64,000 bases of DNA from Nitrospinales bacterium (GCA_965262115.1 OZ253496.1:1408001-1472000); one strand, 5' to 3'. Shown: positions 31,307 to 42,291, counted from the stretch's first letter. Program-made: numbers and translations. Notes: generated by a model not told the origin, from the sequence alone.

Positions 31307-32680
31307 TTATTTCAGTTTTTTCGTCAATCGGGAAATCTGCGCCTTCACCTGTTTTTTTGCCGTCCCCCCGTGAACATTTTTCCGGTCCACTGAGTTCTTA
31401 AGAGCAATGTGCTCAATGACATCCTTTTCAAACCGTTTGGAAATTTTGCGAAGTTCGCCCAACGAAAGGTTGCCCAGGGTTTTTTTCTTATCCAGACAGC
31501 AGGCGACGGTTTTTCCGGTAATCTCGTGGGCCTCACGAAAGGGAACCCCTTTCAGGACCAGGTAGTCCGCCATGTCGGTGGCAGTTAAAAACCCACTGGC
31601 CTCCAGTTCTTCGTCTGAAAGCGAAGTGAACTTTGCCGACTTCATCATATCGTTGAAAATCTTCAGGCAGACTTTGATCGTATCCGCCGAATCGAACAGG
31701 GGTTCCTTGTCCTCCTGCAAATCTTTATTGTAAGCCAGCGGCAATCCTTTCATTAATGTGAGGAGGGAAACCAGATTGCCAAACACACGACCGGATTTTC
31801 CCCGAATCAGTTCTGCTGCGTCGGGATTCTTTTTTTGCGGCATGATACTGCTGCCGGTGGTGAAAGCGTCGGACAACTCTACAAACCCGAACTCACTGGA
31901 ATTCCAAATGACCAGTTCTTCACAGAACCGGCTGAGATGCATCATCAGCAAAGCCGAAGCGCTGCAAAATTCTGCGGCGAAATCCCGATCCGCCACCGCA
32001 TCCATGCTGTTATGGGAAATTTCCGGAAACTTTAAAATTTTGGCGGTGTATTGGCGGTCGATGGGAAAATTAGTGCCGGCCAATGCCGCTGATCCCAGAG
32101 GCATAACGTTGATCCTTTTGCGCGCATCCAGAAAACGGTCTTTGTCGCGAAGCAACATTTCCACATAAGCCAAAAGGTGGTGCGACAACAAAACCGGTTG
32201 TGCCCTTTGCAAATGTGTGTATCCAGGAATCACCCGGTCGATATTCTTTTTGGCAAGAGTCACCAGGGTTTTGCACGACCGGTCGATTTCCTTTACTACC
32301 TCATCCACCTCGTTTCGCAAATACAGGCGGATGTCCAGGCAAACCTGATCGTTACGACTGCGAGCGGTGTGGAGTTTGCCGGCGGTGGGTCCTATCATTT
32401 CACGCAGGCGGCTTTCGATATTCATATGAATATCTTCCAGCTTGTCGCTGAACTGGAACCGTCCCGTTTTGCATTCTTTTAAAATCCGCTTCAACCCTTT
32501 CTGGATTTTCTGCGACTCGGACGGGGAGATTATTTCACAATGCGCCAGCATTTTGCAATGCGCGATACTTCCTTCGATGTCACAGGCGTAAAGCCGCTTA
32601 TCAAAAGAAATGGAAGCCGAGAAGGTTTCCATCAACGTATCGGTCGATTGTTTGAACCGGCCGCTCCATGGTTTTTTCAT
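31307..32680 (-). CDS. argH: Argininosuccinate lyase
   Basis: WSGRF, HTARSRNDQ, GYTHLQRAQP, GSSIMPQKKNPD. Confidence 0.97.
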   Translation of the reverse strand: MKKPWSGRFKQSTDTLMETFSASISFDKRLYACDIEGSIAHCKMLAHCEIISPSESQKIQKGLKRILKECKTGRFQFSDKLEDIHMNIESRLREMIGPTAGKLHTARSRNDQVCLDIRLYLRNEVDEVVKEIDRSCKTLVTLAKKNIDRVIPGYTHLQRAQPVLLSHHLLAYVEMLLRDKDRFLDARKRINVMPLGSAALAGTNFPIDRQYTAKILKFPEISHNSMDAVADRDFAAEFCSASALLMMHLSRFCEELVIWNSSEFGFVELSDAFTTGSSIMPQKKNPDAAELIRGKSGRVFGNLVSLLTLMKGLPLAYNKDLQEDKEPLFDSADTIKVCLKIFNDMMKSAKFTSLSDEELEASGFLTATDMADYLVLKGVPFREAHEITGKTVACCLDKKKTLGNLSLGELRKISKRFEKDVIEHIALKNSVDRKNVHGGTAKKQVKAQISRLTKKLK

Positions 32681-32902
32681 TTTAAATTCCCCTCCCCCCG
32701 GCTAGCCGCCACCAGGCGTGAGGCTGTGATATTTCTTTACTCCAGGTTCTTGACCTCCACTTGCGAGCCGGTTTTCGGGCATCGGCTATTTGGGCGAGGG
32801 TCATTTTTTCTCAACAATATTTTCGCCAGCGAACTGTAGCTTCATGGTTCTTCCCTTGGGAGCGGGAAGCGGATCCGTTGTACCATTGGTGCCGTATTCT
32901 GT

Positions 32903-33421
32903 TCAGGCTTCGCAAGCCGTCCAATCTTCTCTTCTGATTTTTATTTCTTTGCTCGGTGGGCTATTATCCAAGGATAAAAAACCTACCATCGTTTTTACAA
33001 TTCGCATAATGCCGGGAGTCTTTATAATCTCGTCTGTTTTTTTTTCCAAGTATATGCGGCGAATATGCTTGTCATTGCTCCCTGTAATTTTTGTTTTTCC
33101 ACCCTACCACCTCGTTACGGTCATTCTTTTAACGCCCATAATTCTGGCCAGCTCTTCCCCTGTATAACAGAGATGTTTTCTTAAAAACCGGGCTTCCCTT
33201 CCGGTTAGGGCTTTGGGCTTAAATACCAAAGCGAAAGCTATCATAAGGTGCAACCCTTCCGAACACGGAACTTCCCACTCTGTACTCTTGCATGACAAAC
33301 AAATATAATTAGGGACGCCCTCAAGAATTATATTATCCAGGCCGGATTGAGTATACCTGAAATTTCCTTTGCCTTTTTTTTGCGTTTTACCGCACTCTAA
33401 ATATTTCATGATTAGGCCCAT
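32903..33421 (-). pseudogene. MqsA/YgiT-type Zn-finger plus HTH antitoxin with in-frame TAG at 33104-33106
   Basis: CLSC, LTGREARFLRKHL...ELARIMGV..TVTRW*GGKTKI reads on to TGA at 32903. Confidence 0.65.
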
Positions 33422-33465
33422 CTCTCCATTTTTTTATGTTTTACCGCGCTCCAAGGGTATCAAGA

Positions 33466-33729
33466 TCATTTTTTTCTTATAATTGCTATAAGCCTTATCT
33501 TTGATTTTCTTTTGTCTACAACTTCAAAGACTACCTTTAAATGTTCGACAGGATGCTCAATTCTATAAGTCCATGCGCCCGTAACGATATGCGGCTCCGG
33601 AGCGTTAAAAATAAACCCTGACCTCGCCAAGGCTATCAGGTCATTGGCTTCCACCCCATCTGTGGATGATTTTAACTTGCTTGACGGGTTGATTGGAAAA
33701 CCGGTTCCGTTATGAAGAGGAGCCACCAC
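33466..33729 (-). CDS. Putative toxin partner (DUF4258-like), possibly degenerate
   Basis: Directly upstream of the MqsA-like gene; PEPHIVTGAWTYRIE. Confidence 0.4.
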   Translation of the reverse strand: MVAPLHNGTGFPINPSSKLKSSTDGVEANDLIALARSGFIFNAPEPHIVTGAWTYRIEHPVEHLKVVFEVVDKRKSKIRLIAIIRKK

Positions 33730-33848
33730 AAGACCCGCCCGGATGCCCTGTTTTTTTCTTTATGAAATAAATCGGGCGTTCCGCATATCCTGGATAGCTT
33801 CCCCATTATTAAACGGGATGATGAAAAACTTTTTAATGGAAAATACTA

Positions 33849-34559
33849 CTAACTTTTCCTCTTTTTCTCGTCTGAGCCGGCGATCACCACGGTGATTTCG
33901 CCTTTCCAGGTTCGTGTCAGGGTGGAAAGCTCTTTCAGGCTGCCACGAATCACTTCCTCATACATTTTAGTCAGCTCGCGGGTAACAGCCACCTTGCGAT
34001 CTCCAAAAAACCGGTAAAGGTCTTGCAACGTTTTTTGAATGCGGTTCGGCGATTCAAATAAAACTACGGTGCGTTTTTCATTCGCCAGATTCTCCAGCAT
34101 CGTCGTGCGCCCTTTTTTGCGGGGGAGGAACCCCTCAAAAACAAACCGGTCCATGGGCAAACCGGAAACAGTCAATGCCGCCAGCAATGCCGATGGACCA
34201 GGAATGGAGTAAACAGAAACCCCCTCCTCGATTGCGCTGTTCACTAAATGATAATGCGGGTCAGAAATTCCGGGCGTTCCGGCGTCTGAAACCAGAGCAA
34301 GGTCATCGCCTTTTTTGAGCCGCTCGACAAACTCCCTGCCTTTCTTAATTTTGTTAAAACTGTTGTAACTGGAAAGGGGCGTTTGGATTTGGTACCTGTT
34401 CAACAAAATTCTTGTCCGGCGGGTATCTTCAGCCGCTATCAGGGAAACCGCATCAAGGGTTTCTATAGCGCGATGGGTCACATCACCCAAGTTGCCAATT
34501 GGGGTGCTCACTACAAATAAATTGCCCGCTTCCACTGACCCCGGTTGCACAACAGCCAT
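33849..34559 (-). CDS. rsmI: 16S rRNA C1402 2'-O-methyltransferase
   Basis: STPIGNLGD, AAEDTR, VSDAGTPGISDP, RELTKMYEE. Confidence 0.95.
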   Translation of the reverse strand: MAVVQPGSVEAGNLFVVSTPIGNLGDVTHRAIETLDAVSLIAAEDTRRTRILLNRYQIQTPLSSYNSFNKIKKGREFVERLKKGDDLALVSDAGTPGISDPHYHLVNSAIEEGVSVYSIPGPSALLAALTVSGLPMDRFVFEGFLPRKKGRTTMLENLANEKRTVVLFESPNRIQKTLQDLYRFFGDRKVAVTRELTKMYEEVIRGSLKELSTLTRTWKGEITVVIAGSDEKKRKS

Positions 34560-34633
34560 GATTGAATATTTATTTTAGTCTCCGGTTTTGAAAAACTCAA
34601 CCCTTCGTTAGGAAAAGCAGGACCGATTTTCAG

Positions 34634-35059
34634 TTACCCTTTCGCGGACTGGCCGGAAACTTTCTTTTCTTTTTCTTCGGTTTTTACCAGAGGTATGATT
34701 TTATTTTCTTTTCCCGTCATATCGCAGGAACCGTCCAATACCCCTCCCAGCTCAATGTACAAAGCAGGGGATTTAATATTTCCCACCACCCGGCTGCCCG
34801 AATGAATCTCAACCTTTTTGGAAGCAATGATGGTTCCTTCTACGCGACCCATGCAGACAACCGTTCCCGCAGAAATTTCCGCTATAAGATGTCCCGTCTC
34901 CCCGACAACCAGCGTATCATCGGTGTGGACCTCGCCTTCAAACTTGCCATCAATGCGAACAGTCCCGTCAAAATATAACGACCCGTTGAAAACCGTGTCT
35001 TCGCTCATAGAGGCTTTAATTTGCGTGTCTTCTTTTTTCATATTTTTCTCTCTCCACAT
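34634..35059 (-). CDS. Bactofilin (polymer-forming cytoskeletal protein)
   Basis: VRIDGKFEG, V.GNI...L.IE.GG.LDG.C.M. Confidence 0.88.
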   Translation of the reverse strand: MWREKNMKKEDTQIKASMSEDTVFNGSLYFDGTVRIDGKFEGEVHTDDTLVVGETGHLIAEISAGTVVCMGRVEGTIIASKKVEIHSGSRVVGNIKSPALYIELGGVLDGSCDMTGKENKIIPLVKTEEKEKKVSGQSAKG

Positions 35060-35079
35060 GAGAAACCACCTGTCCCGTT

Positions 35080-35952
35080 TTAATGTTTTTGCTGGCCAAT
35101 CAATTCCTGGATGCGATCCAGATCGTCATCCGAGTAATAAGTCACCACCAGTTTGCCACCTTTTTTCCCTGGATTAATCTCAACTTTGGTCCCCAGCTTG
35201 CGCTCCAACTCCTTTTCCAGGTCCCTGATAAAAATATTTTTTTTACTAGCAGGGACGAGTTTTGTAGGCGTCGATTGTTTTAACCTGTTCACCCGGCTTT
35301 CTGTTTGCCGTACCGTAAGATCCTGTTTGAAAATTTCTTTACGCAGAGCTTGCATTTGTCCGGCATTGTCCAGCCCCAGGAGAGCCCGGGCGTGGCCCAT
35401 GGAAAGTTTTCCGGAAATCAAATCTTCCTTGATATTTCTGGACAACTTGAGAAGCCGCAAAATGTTGGCAACCGCAGCCCGGCTTTTACCTACCTTTTTA
35501 GCGATCATTTCCTGAGTCAGGGCAAACTCATCGGAAAGGCGGGCATAAGCTTCCGCCTCTTCTATGGGGTTGAGATCCTGACGATGAATATTTTCAACGA
35601 TCGCCAATTCCAGAGCCTGATTGTCGCTGACCTCGCGAATCACTGCGGGAATTTTTTTCAGTCCCGCTTTTTTTGATGCCCGCCATCGTCTTTCACCCAC
35701 CACCAACTTATAACCGGTTGCCGCTTTTTGCACAATCACCGGTTGCAGAATTCCATTTTCACGAATGGACATTACCAGTTCTTCAAGCTTGTCATCATCG
35801 AAATATTTTCTCGGTTGAAACCGGTTGGGTGAAATTTCATCGATCAGTAATTCCGTTCCCAGGGTCGTTCCTCTTTCGACGGATTCGGGAACTCCCATTT
35901 CGAAGTCCGGGATCAATGCGTTAATGCCTTTGCCTAATGCTTTTCGGTTCAT
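35080..35952 (-). CDS. parB: Chromosome partitioning protein ParB/Spo0J
   Basis: LGKGINALI, QPRK, GERRWRAS, ENIHRQDLNPIEEA. Confidence 0.96.
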   Translation of the reverse strand: MNRKALGKGINALIPDFEMGVPESVERGTTLGTELLIDEISPNRFQPRKYFDDDKLEELVMSIRENGILQPVIVQKAATGYKLVVGERRWRASKKAGLKKIPAVIREVSDNQALELAIVENIHRQDLNPIEEAEAYARLSDEFALTQEMIAKKVGKSRAAVANILRLLKLSRNIKEDLISGKLSMGHARALLGLDNAGQMQALRKEIFKQDLTVRQTESRVNRLKQSTPTKLVPASKKNIFIRDLEKELERKLGTKVEINPGKKGGKLVVTYYSDDDLDRIQELIGQQKH

Positions 35953-35978
35953 GCCGCCGAGCCTGAAAGTGGGGTTCG

Positions 35979-36743
35979 TTATTCGGTTTTAGATCGGGAT
36001 ATAATTTCTTTAGCCAGTTCCACATAAGAATCCGCGCCGCGTGAGCGACCGGCATACAGCATGATCGGCTTGCCATGACTGGGCGCCTCGCTCAACCGCA
36101 CATTCCTTGGAATGATTGTTTTTAGCAGGAAGTCGCTGAAATATTTTTGCACCTGGTCCTTCACCTGTGAGGCCAGCAGGGTTCTGCCATCAAACATCGT
36201 CAACAAAATGCCTTCCACTTTTAAATCCGGGTTGATGGATTTCTTTATCAGCTTTAAAGTTTTCAGCAAATGGCTCAAACCCTGAAGAGCGTAATATTCA
36301 CATTGCATCGGAATCAAGACCGAGTTGGAAACCGTCAAGGAATTCAAAGTCAAAAGACCTAAAGAAGGCGGACAATCTATAACCACAAACTCAAACTCCT
36401 CGCGCACTCCGTTGAGCGCCGTCTTCAAAACTTTCCCCCGGGCTTCCCTGGATACCAGCTCGATTTCAGCACCGGTAAGATCCACCCTCGACGGGATGAT
36501 TTTCAGCGTTTCAATTTCAGTGGAGCAAATGACTTCCTTTTGGCTCGCCTCACCCATCAAGAGTTCATAAACCCCCCGGGAATTGGCATCGATCCCCAAC
36601 CCGCTGGAGGCGTTGCCCTGAGGATCAATATCGATTAACAACACTTTTTTGCCCGAAAGGGCTATAGAGGCTGAAAGGTTGATGGCTGTGGTGGTTTTGC
36701 CCACCCCGCCTTTTTGATTTGCAATGCTTATGATTTTGCCCAT
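35979..36743 (-). CDS. parA: Chromosome partitioning ATPase ParA/Soj
   Basis: NQKGGVGKTTT, DPQGN, DCPPSLG, EAPSHG. Confidence 0.96.
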   Translation of the reverse strand: MGKIISIANQKGGVGKTTTAINLSASIALSGKKVLLIDIDPQGNASSGLGIDANSRGVYELLMGEASQKEVICSTEIETLKIIPSRVDLTGAEIELVSREARGKVLKTALNGVREEFEFVVIDCPPSLGLLTLNSLTVSNSVLIPMQCEYYALQGLSHLLKTLKLIKKSINPDLKVEGILLTMFDGRTLLASQVKDQVQKYFSDFLLKTIIPRNVRLSEAPSHGKPIMLYAGRSRGADSYVELAKEIISRSKTE

Positions 36744-36927
36744 GAAACCTCTTGGGAACAGTTCGGACAACCGCCTCAAATTACCATATTTTCAATTCTT
36801 TGCCAATATATAAATTGATTTGGACCACTGTTCGGCCAGGGTAGCACTGGACCCAACTGGCAATAGCCTCTCTGGCAAGCAACCTTTTTTCTCGGCTAAG
36901 TCCTTGCTAATCTTGCCCCTGCGGGGC

Positions 36928-37243
36928 GAGACCTTTGCATAACCTGAGATTCTCATTGATCCTCCCCTCTCATGAGGGGAGGCAAGGCGTAGCCGCGGAG
37001 GGGTGTATTATTTTTACGGAATTTATAATCCAACCCTCCCCTGGCCCCTCCCTATGAAGGGAGGGGGATTTCTGCTTCCGCCTTTTTCAGAGAGGGTCGG
37101 GGTGATTTACCACCAGAAGGTTTCAGGTTGTCCCCCTCTTTCTCAAAGAGAGACCTTTGCATAACCTGAGATTACCCCTGCGGGGCATGAAGTTTATGGA
37201 TGTGGATATAACAGGCTCATGAAGGTTTTGGTAAGTCATCACA
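36928..37243 (+). repeat. MITE copy, a second MITE end and a double micro-element (37173-37243)
   Basis: GAGACCTTTGCATAACCTGAGAT at 36928 and about 37150. Confidence 0.8.
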
Positions 37244-37262
37244 CCTGTAGCGGCTCGCCGGA

Positions 37263-37278
37263 TGTTTCACGTGGAACA
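37263..37278. promoter_or_regulatory. parS centromere-like site
   Basis: TGTTTCACGTGGAACA matches the parS consensus; overlaps the rsmG stop codon. Confidence 0.9.
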
Positions 37279-37911
37279 TTTTTCATAAATCAGCAGGCTG
37301 GAGACCCGTCCCTGATAGCTGGTTATGGTGATCTCGTCCTTTAAAGGAATACTGGATTCCGGGAGGGTTTCGTCGGGGGACTTTTTCAGGACCAACCTGC
37401 CTCCGGGAGCTAAAAACCTCTCGCCCAGGGCCAGACAAGGCTCTACACCCGATACAGCGCGAAATATGACCGCATCAAATTGGCCTTCCTGTTGGGCCGG
37501 AATGTCTTCCGCTCTGGCATTGATCACCTCAGCCTGATCCAGCTCGAGCTCCCGGATGACCGTTTCCAGAAAACTGCAGCGTTTTCGCTGGCTTTCCACC
37601 AAAACCAATGGCATTTCAGGAAAAATGATTTTTAAAGGAATCCCGGGAAAACCAGCACCGCTGCCTATATCCATGGCCCGGAAATCCGGTTTGAGCGCCC
37701 GGCAATACTGTAGAGAGTCGAATATATGTCTTTTGAGGATGTTTTCGGGGTCTTTTTCTGCGGTGAGATTAATTTTGTGGTTCCATTTGACCAGAAGATC
37801 CAGATAGTGCTGAATCTGAGGCTCCGCGAGGCTAGAAAGCCCACTATCCAGAGCCAGCCGGGGGTCCTGCAAAATATGTCCAATGGTACCTTGCATGGGA
37901 GGCCTTTGCAT
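37267..37911 (-). CDS. rsmG: 16S rRNA m7G527 methyltransferase
   Basis: KWNHKINLTA, HIFDSL, DIGSGAGFPGIPL. Confidence 0.95.
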   Translation of the reverse strand: MQRPPMQGTIGHILQDPRLALDSGLSSLAEPQIQHYLDLLVKWNHKINLTAEKDPENILKRHIFDSLQYCRALKPDFRAMDIGSGAGFPGIPLKIIFPEMPLVLVESQRKRCSFLETVIRELELDQAEVINARAEDIPAQQEGQFDAVIFRAVSGVEPCLALGERFLAPGGRLVLKKSPDETLPESSIPLKDEITITSYQGRVSSLLIYEKCST

Positions 37912-37926
37912 AGGGCAAAATGGCGT

Positions 37927-38910
37927 TCAGGAAGCAAGAATCTTTTTAAATTCCCGGGTAAGAATAGGGACGATCTTTAGAACATCTCCAACTAACCCAT
38001 AATCGGCAACAGAAAAAATAGCCGCATTGGGGTCGGAATTAATGGCTACAATGCATCGTGACGAAGACATTCCGGCTAAATGCTGTACCGCCCCGGAAAT
38101 ACCACAGGCGAAATAAAGATCCGGGGAAACGGTTCGCCCGGTCTGGCCCACCTGGTTGGAATAGTCGCGCCAACCATTATCTACCACAGGCCGACTAGCC
38201 CCTACCGCCCCACCCAGGACTTCTGCCAGGTCTTCCAGCAGTTTAAAATTTTCCGGCCCCTGCATCCCCAGTCCACCCGATACCACAATCCGGGCTTCGG
38301 TGACATCCAATTGGGAACCCACCTGTTTGACCAGTTCCCGGACCCGTTGGGAAAATTCCGGCAATTCGATTTCTTCCTGAATAATGTCGCCCTGCCGTGA
38401 AAGCGGGGGATCGCGAAATACATTCGGCCTGAGGGAAAGTATATGCGGTTTCTTGCCCTTAAAGCGGACTGAGGAGTGGGCCTTTCCGGCTGAAACCGGC
38501 CGTACCGCCTCCACCTCACCACCGCTAACAGAAAGGGAAATACAGTCGGTCGCCACCCCTACCCCTAACTGGGCCGAAAGAACCGCCGACAATTCCTTGC
38601 CGTTATTGGTCGCCGGCAACAATAAATAATCGAATTCAGATTTTTCCAGCTGCCGCAATAAAGCGAAAGCATAATTTTCGTGGACATAGTGCTGCAGGTC
38701 GGGATGAGTGAGAAAACGCACTTCATCGGCGCCGTATTGAATAAAAAGGTCGGCCTCAAAATCCGCTGCATGGCTAAAACAAAAGGCAACCACCTTTCCA
38801 GAGATCTGGTCCGCCAGTTTCCGGGCGGCGCTTAGAATCTCAAACGATACCGGTTTGGTTTTACCTTGGTCATGCTCGATCACCACAGCCAGGACACGAT
38901 CAACACTCAC
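37927..38910 (-). CDS. etfA: Electron transfer flavoprotein alpha subunit
   Basis: GASRPVVD, QVGQTG, GISGAVQHLAGM. Confidence 0.95.
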   Translation of the reverse strand: MSVDRVLAVVIEHDQGKTKPVSFEILSAARKLADQISGKVVAFCFSHAADFEADLFIQYGADEVRFLTHPDLQHYVHENYAFALLRQLEKSEFDYLLLPATNNGKELSAVLSAQLGVGVATDCISLSVSGGEVEAVRPVSAGKAHSSVRFKGKKPHILSLRPNVFRDPPLSRQGDIIQEEIELPEFSQRVRELVKQVGSQLDVTEARIVVSGGLGMQGPENFKLLEDLAEVLGGAVGASRPVVDNGWRDYSNQVGQTGRTVSPDLYFACGISGAVQHLAGMSSSRCIVAINSDPNAAIFSVADYGLVGDVLKIVPILTREFKKILAS

Positions 38911-39035
38911 AAAAAAACTCCAGAAAAAAAATAAAAAGGGTGGCCGGAATCACGAACGCCAGAAAAATGTGTTTTATTGCCTTTTTAGGCGTAGCCTGAT
39001 TGGCGCATTTAATGGGATATGAAACCACAGTACGG

Positions 39036-39221
39036 TCAATATTTACCGGGTGGGCGAAACAGGGGAAGATCCAATATCCATTCAATCTCCCAGATTTCGC
39101 CAATGGTTCCCAGTCCGAGAAGAAAAACATATAGAACCAGGAGACCAATGCCAAATTGACCTTTATATTTCTGTGCCAGGCTTTTTAGTCCGCTGTCCGC
39201 GGGAGCAGGAGTTTCATTCAT
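39036..39221 (-). CDS. Small membrane protein between etfB and etfA
   Basis: One TM segment; operon position. Confidence 0.5.
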   Translation of the reverse strand: MNETPAPADSGLKSLAQKYKGQFGIGLLVLYVFLLGLGTIGEIWEIEWILDLPLFRPPGKY

Positions 39222-39238
39222 AGGATAGATTTTCTTGA

Positions 39239-40015
39239 TTAAATGATTTTTTCCTCTTCACGCAGCAAGCGAACCAGCTCGCCGCTTATTTCTTCTTCAG
39301 ATCCTTGCAGAATTATTCCCTTTTTTCGCTCCGGGGGCAAGCATAGATTTTCCTCAATCACCCGGTTGTCACCAATGTCAAGCGTCTCAACATCAAGGGC
39401 AGATAGCGTTAAAACTTCTTTTTTCTTAGCGGCCATTATACCTTTAAGCGAGGGCAGACGAGGTTCATTAAGACCTTTCTGGCAAGTCAGCAACAAGGGA
39501 AGCGGCAATACGCAAACTTCACTGCCGCCTTCGACCTGCCGGGTTATTTTAGCATTTTGAAAGTCGTCGGAGAGCTCAATCCCTGTCACCACAGTGACGA
39601 AGGGAATGTCGAGAAAAGTAGCCAGGGCCGGGCCGGTCTGGGCCTGATCCACATCCACAGCCTGCCTGCCGCAAAGAATTAAATCGTAGGGAATTTTTTT
39701 AATCGCGCGGACCAAAATTTGGGCCAATGCATAAGAATCCAGTCCTTCAAATTTAGCATCCATCAAATGCACGGCCTTATCCGCACCCATAGCAAGAGCT
39801 TTTTTAATGGAATCCTTAAATCCTTCGGGCCCCAGCGATAAAAGGGTGATTTCGGTATCCGGTTTTTTTTCTTTAATGCGCACCGCTTCTTCAATCGCAA
39901 ACTCATCATAGGGGTTGATGATGCGGGAACTCCCGGGAGAAACCACCCTTTCATTTTCAATCTGGATTTGAGCAGCAGTGTCCAGAACCTGTTTGACACA
40001 AACGATGATTTTCAT
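39239..40015 (-). CDS. etfB: Electron transfer flavoprotein beta subunit
   Basis: VCVKQV, NPYDEFAIEEA, GRQAVD, NEPRLPSLKGIMAAKKK. Confidence 0.95.
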   Translation of the reverse strand: MKIIVCVKQVLDTAAQIQIENERVVSPGSSRIINPYDEFAIEEAVRIKEKKPDTEITLLSLGPEGFKDSIKKALAMGADKAVHLMDAKFEGLDSYALAQILVRAIKKIPYDLILCGRQAVDVDQAQTGPALATFLDIPFVTVVTGIELSDDFQNAKITRQVEGGSEVCVLPLPLLLTCQKGLNEPRLPSLKGIMAAKKKEVLTLSALDVETLDIGDNRVIEENLCLPPERKKGIILQGSEEEISGELVRLLREEEKII

Positions 40016-40209
40016 AATCCTCAAGCACGATTAACTTAACCTGGATATTGTCGCAGAGGGCGGCAATTTGTAAAACCGCCAAATTGTCACCAACACAACT
40101 GGGTAAAAATCTGTGAGGATTTAATAGTGATACTTTTAAGGTGAGGCTGATTGATGAATTGTGCAAATACGACTTCAGTACCCGGGAAAAGATGGGATTG
40201 TAATGGTTC

Positions 40210-40551
40210 TTAAACCATATATATCACTTCGGCCATTCGTTTTAACCTTTTCTTATTCATTTTTGATCTTTTTCCCCATGACAGCGTATGTGCTAAAGTT
40301 GATTTTATGGCGCCGTATTGGTCTCTTTCTAAAGCTTCTCTTTCACCTCTCAATTTTCCAGCACGCAATCTAATTAAGCCTTGGTCGGGATATTCATCGT
40401 GAAATTCCAACGGACTAATAAGACTTTCCAAGCAACATGAAATACCTCCTGGACCAAATGCAACTGACGAAACTTCTCCGTTCCTCCAATATTCTACTGG
40501 CATTCTTCTCAGGAATCCCTCTTCATCAAGAAATTGTTGGATCATCAACAT
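40210..40551 (-). CDS. Hypothetical protein (possible toxin)
   Basis: Low-GC ORF tightly paired with 40570-40962. Confidence 0.5.
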   Translation of the reverse strand: MLMIQQFLDEEGFLRRMPVEYWRNGEVSSVAFGPGGISCCLESLISPLEFHDEYPDQGLIRLRAGKLRGEREALERDQYGAIKSTLAHTLSWGKRSKMNKKRLKRMAEVIYMV

Positions 40552-40569
40552 GCTTTTCTCCGTTTTTAT

Positions 40570-40962
40570 CTACAAATTCTCTATCCATCGGATCAAGTCA
40601 GGGATCTCATCATTTGACACATTATCTTTTTCCAAATACATAATTTCATCGGCGCTTAGTTCCTCGGTTTTTAGAACAGAAATAGTTTCCTCATTAAACT
40701 CCATTTCCAAATCTCTTTTCCCATATTTCCACTCAAGCTGCAATCCTCCCCCACAAACCGGAAAAATAGAAGGTAATTCTAATTTGGAGGTTTTGGAGAA
40801 ACTTCCAGCTTTCTTAGCATAATTTAGAGCCCGTAACTTTGGCTTTATCTTCCTCTCAGGTTGGGCCATGTTATCACTTCCGTACAGACAGATTGTACTA
40901 AGTTTATCCAAGGACTCAGACGGTAGATACTTTGTCGCCCTGAAATTATCGACTGACTTCAC
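40570..40962 (-). CDS. Hypothetical protein (possible antitoxin)
   Basis: PSIFP...GGLQLEW...RDLEMEF; acidic C-terminus. Confidence 0.5.
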   Translation of the reverse strand: MKSVDNFRATKYLPSESLDKLSTICLYGSDNMAQPERKIKPKLRALNYAKKAGSFSKTSKLELPSIFPVCGGGLQLEWKYGKRDLEMEFNEETISVLKTEELSADEIMYLEKDNVSNDEIPDLIRWIENL

Positions 40963-41285
40963 CCTAAAGTCAGGGTCATTTTTTTGAGGCCGGCCTTGAG
41001 GTGGTCGGAGAGGGCTTGGCTGCTGATCTTCATGATACGCGCAGCGAGTTTTTTCTTAAGCCCCCCATTAAACACCAATGAGACAGCCATCAACTGCCTG
41101 TCCGTCAATCCCATATCTTCAAGGTTCAAGAAACCTTCCTTTAAGTAGGAAAACTCTGAGTGCGGACGATAATCCTGAAATTCAACTCCGAAATTCTGGG
41201 CATTGCGGATAATTTCCAACTCATCAGGAGGAAAAAACCTCAAGTGATAGTCATTCTCCGATCCATAATCTATACCTTCATTCAT
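40959..41285 (-). CDS. Sigma70 region-4/LuxR-like HTH protein
   Basis: LTDRQ...AARIMKISSQALSDHL. Confidence 0.65.
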   Translation of the reverse strand: MNEGIDYGSENDYHLRFFPPDELEIIRNAQNFGVEFQDYRPHSEFSYLKEGFLNLEDMGLTDRQLMAVSLVFNGGLKKKLAARIMKISSQALSDHLKAGLKKMTLTLG

Positions 41286-41299
41286 TTGTTTTGCAGGGT

Positions 41300-41728
41300 T
41301 CAGACATGCTCGTGATTCTCCAAGTATTTTAGAAATTGAGGACCATCATAGAAAATAAAATAGGAAAACCAGGGAGGCGGATCGGGCTCGAGCAAATCGG
41401 CAAAAAGACTGCGCGGCAAACCATCGGGCAAACCCATCACGGGAACACCATTAATAAAAACTTTGTCCCGGGAGAACATCGTCCGCCAATATTCACGTCC
41501 CACCCTGAAATGAAACCACAGTGCTTTTAGCGAAGGTTCCCGACGATATAAATAATTTCCACAATAAAGGCAATGCCAACCCACATCGGTTTCGTGCAAT
41601 CCCTTTCTACCGCAACCCCTTTGAAGAGTTTCTCCGCTTTCCAATACATAAGAAACCCGCAAACAAAGTTTGAGTCTTTTCCTGGCAGATGCGTTATGAC
41701 CCGAACGCGTTATCCGTATCTTTTCCAC
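41300..41728 (-). CDS. Hypothetical Cys-containing protein
   Basis: GGAGG RBS before GTG; CLYCG motif. Confidence 0.55.
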   Translation of the reverse strand: MEKIRITRSGHNASARKRLKLCLRVSYVLESGETLQRGCGRKGLHETDVGWHCLYCGNYLYRREPSLKALWFHFRVGREYWRTMFSRDKVFINGVPVMGLPDGLPRSLFADLLEPDPPPWFSYFIFYDGPQFLKYLENHEHV

Positions 41729-42291
41729 GGCACCCCTCCTCTAAAGTAGTTACCTGACACCTTGTTTCATCAAACCTGCTGATCCGGCGAAGTACAGTGC
41801 CCATCTGGCCAGGATTGATTTGATAGCCCCAAAATTTTCAGCCAACCCCAGCCAAGCACATTCCTGTTATTTTCCGGATATTTTTCGTTTACCGATTGCA
41901 TTGTCCGGACAGGAGTTGTTATAATTCCCACGTCCCCAGCTTGACCCTTTGAGTTTTATCCGGCAAATCCATATCGCAGGAAAGCCGGGGGGCCATTCGT
42001 TTCGGCTATTTTGCACATTAAAATAACCATTTTGTAGTTGCTGTAATTAATTGATAAATGGTGAATTATTTTGTCTGTTCATTTTCCCTATTCCCAAAAT
42101 ACCTGATCAAGATGGTATAATTAGTGGAAAGGCAGAATTCGAACCAAGCCATACTGCCAATAAAGTGAAACTGTTTCGCCAAAGAGCAAATTACAAAAAA
42201 ACAGCGAATTCGGAATAAGGACTTTATTCCTTTTTCTAATTTTTAATATAGGACATTTGTCCTCTTATGTCAAGAGCTTTTTCACTCCGTC

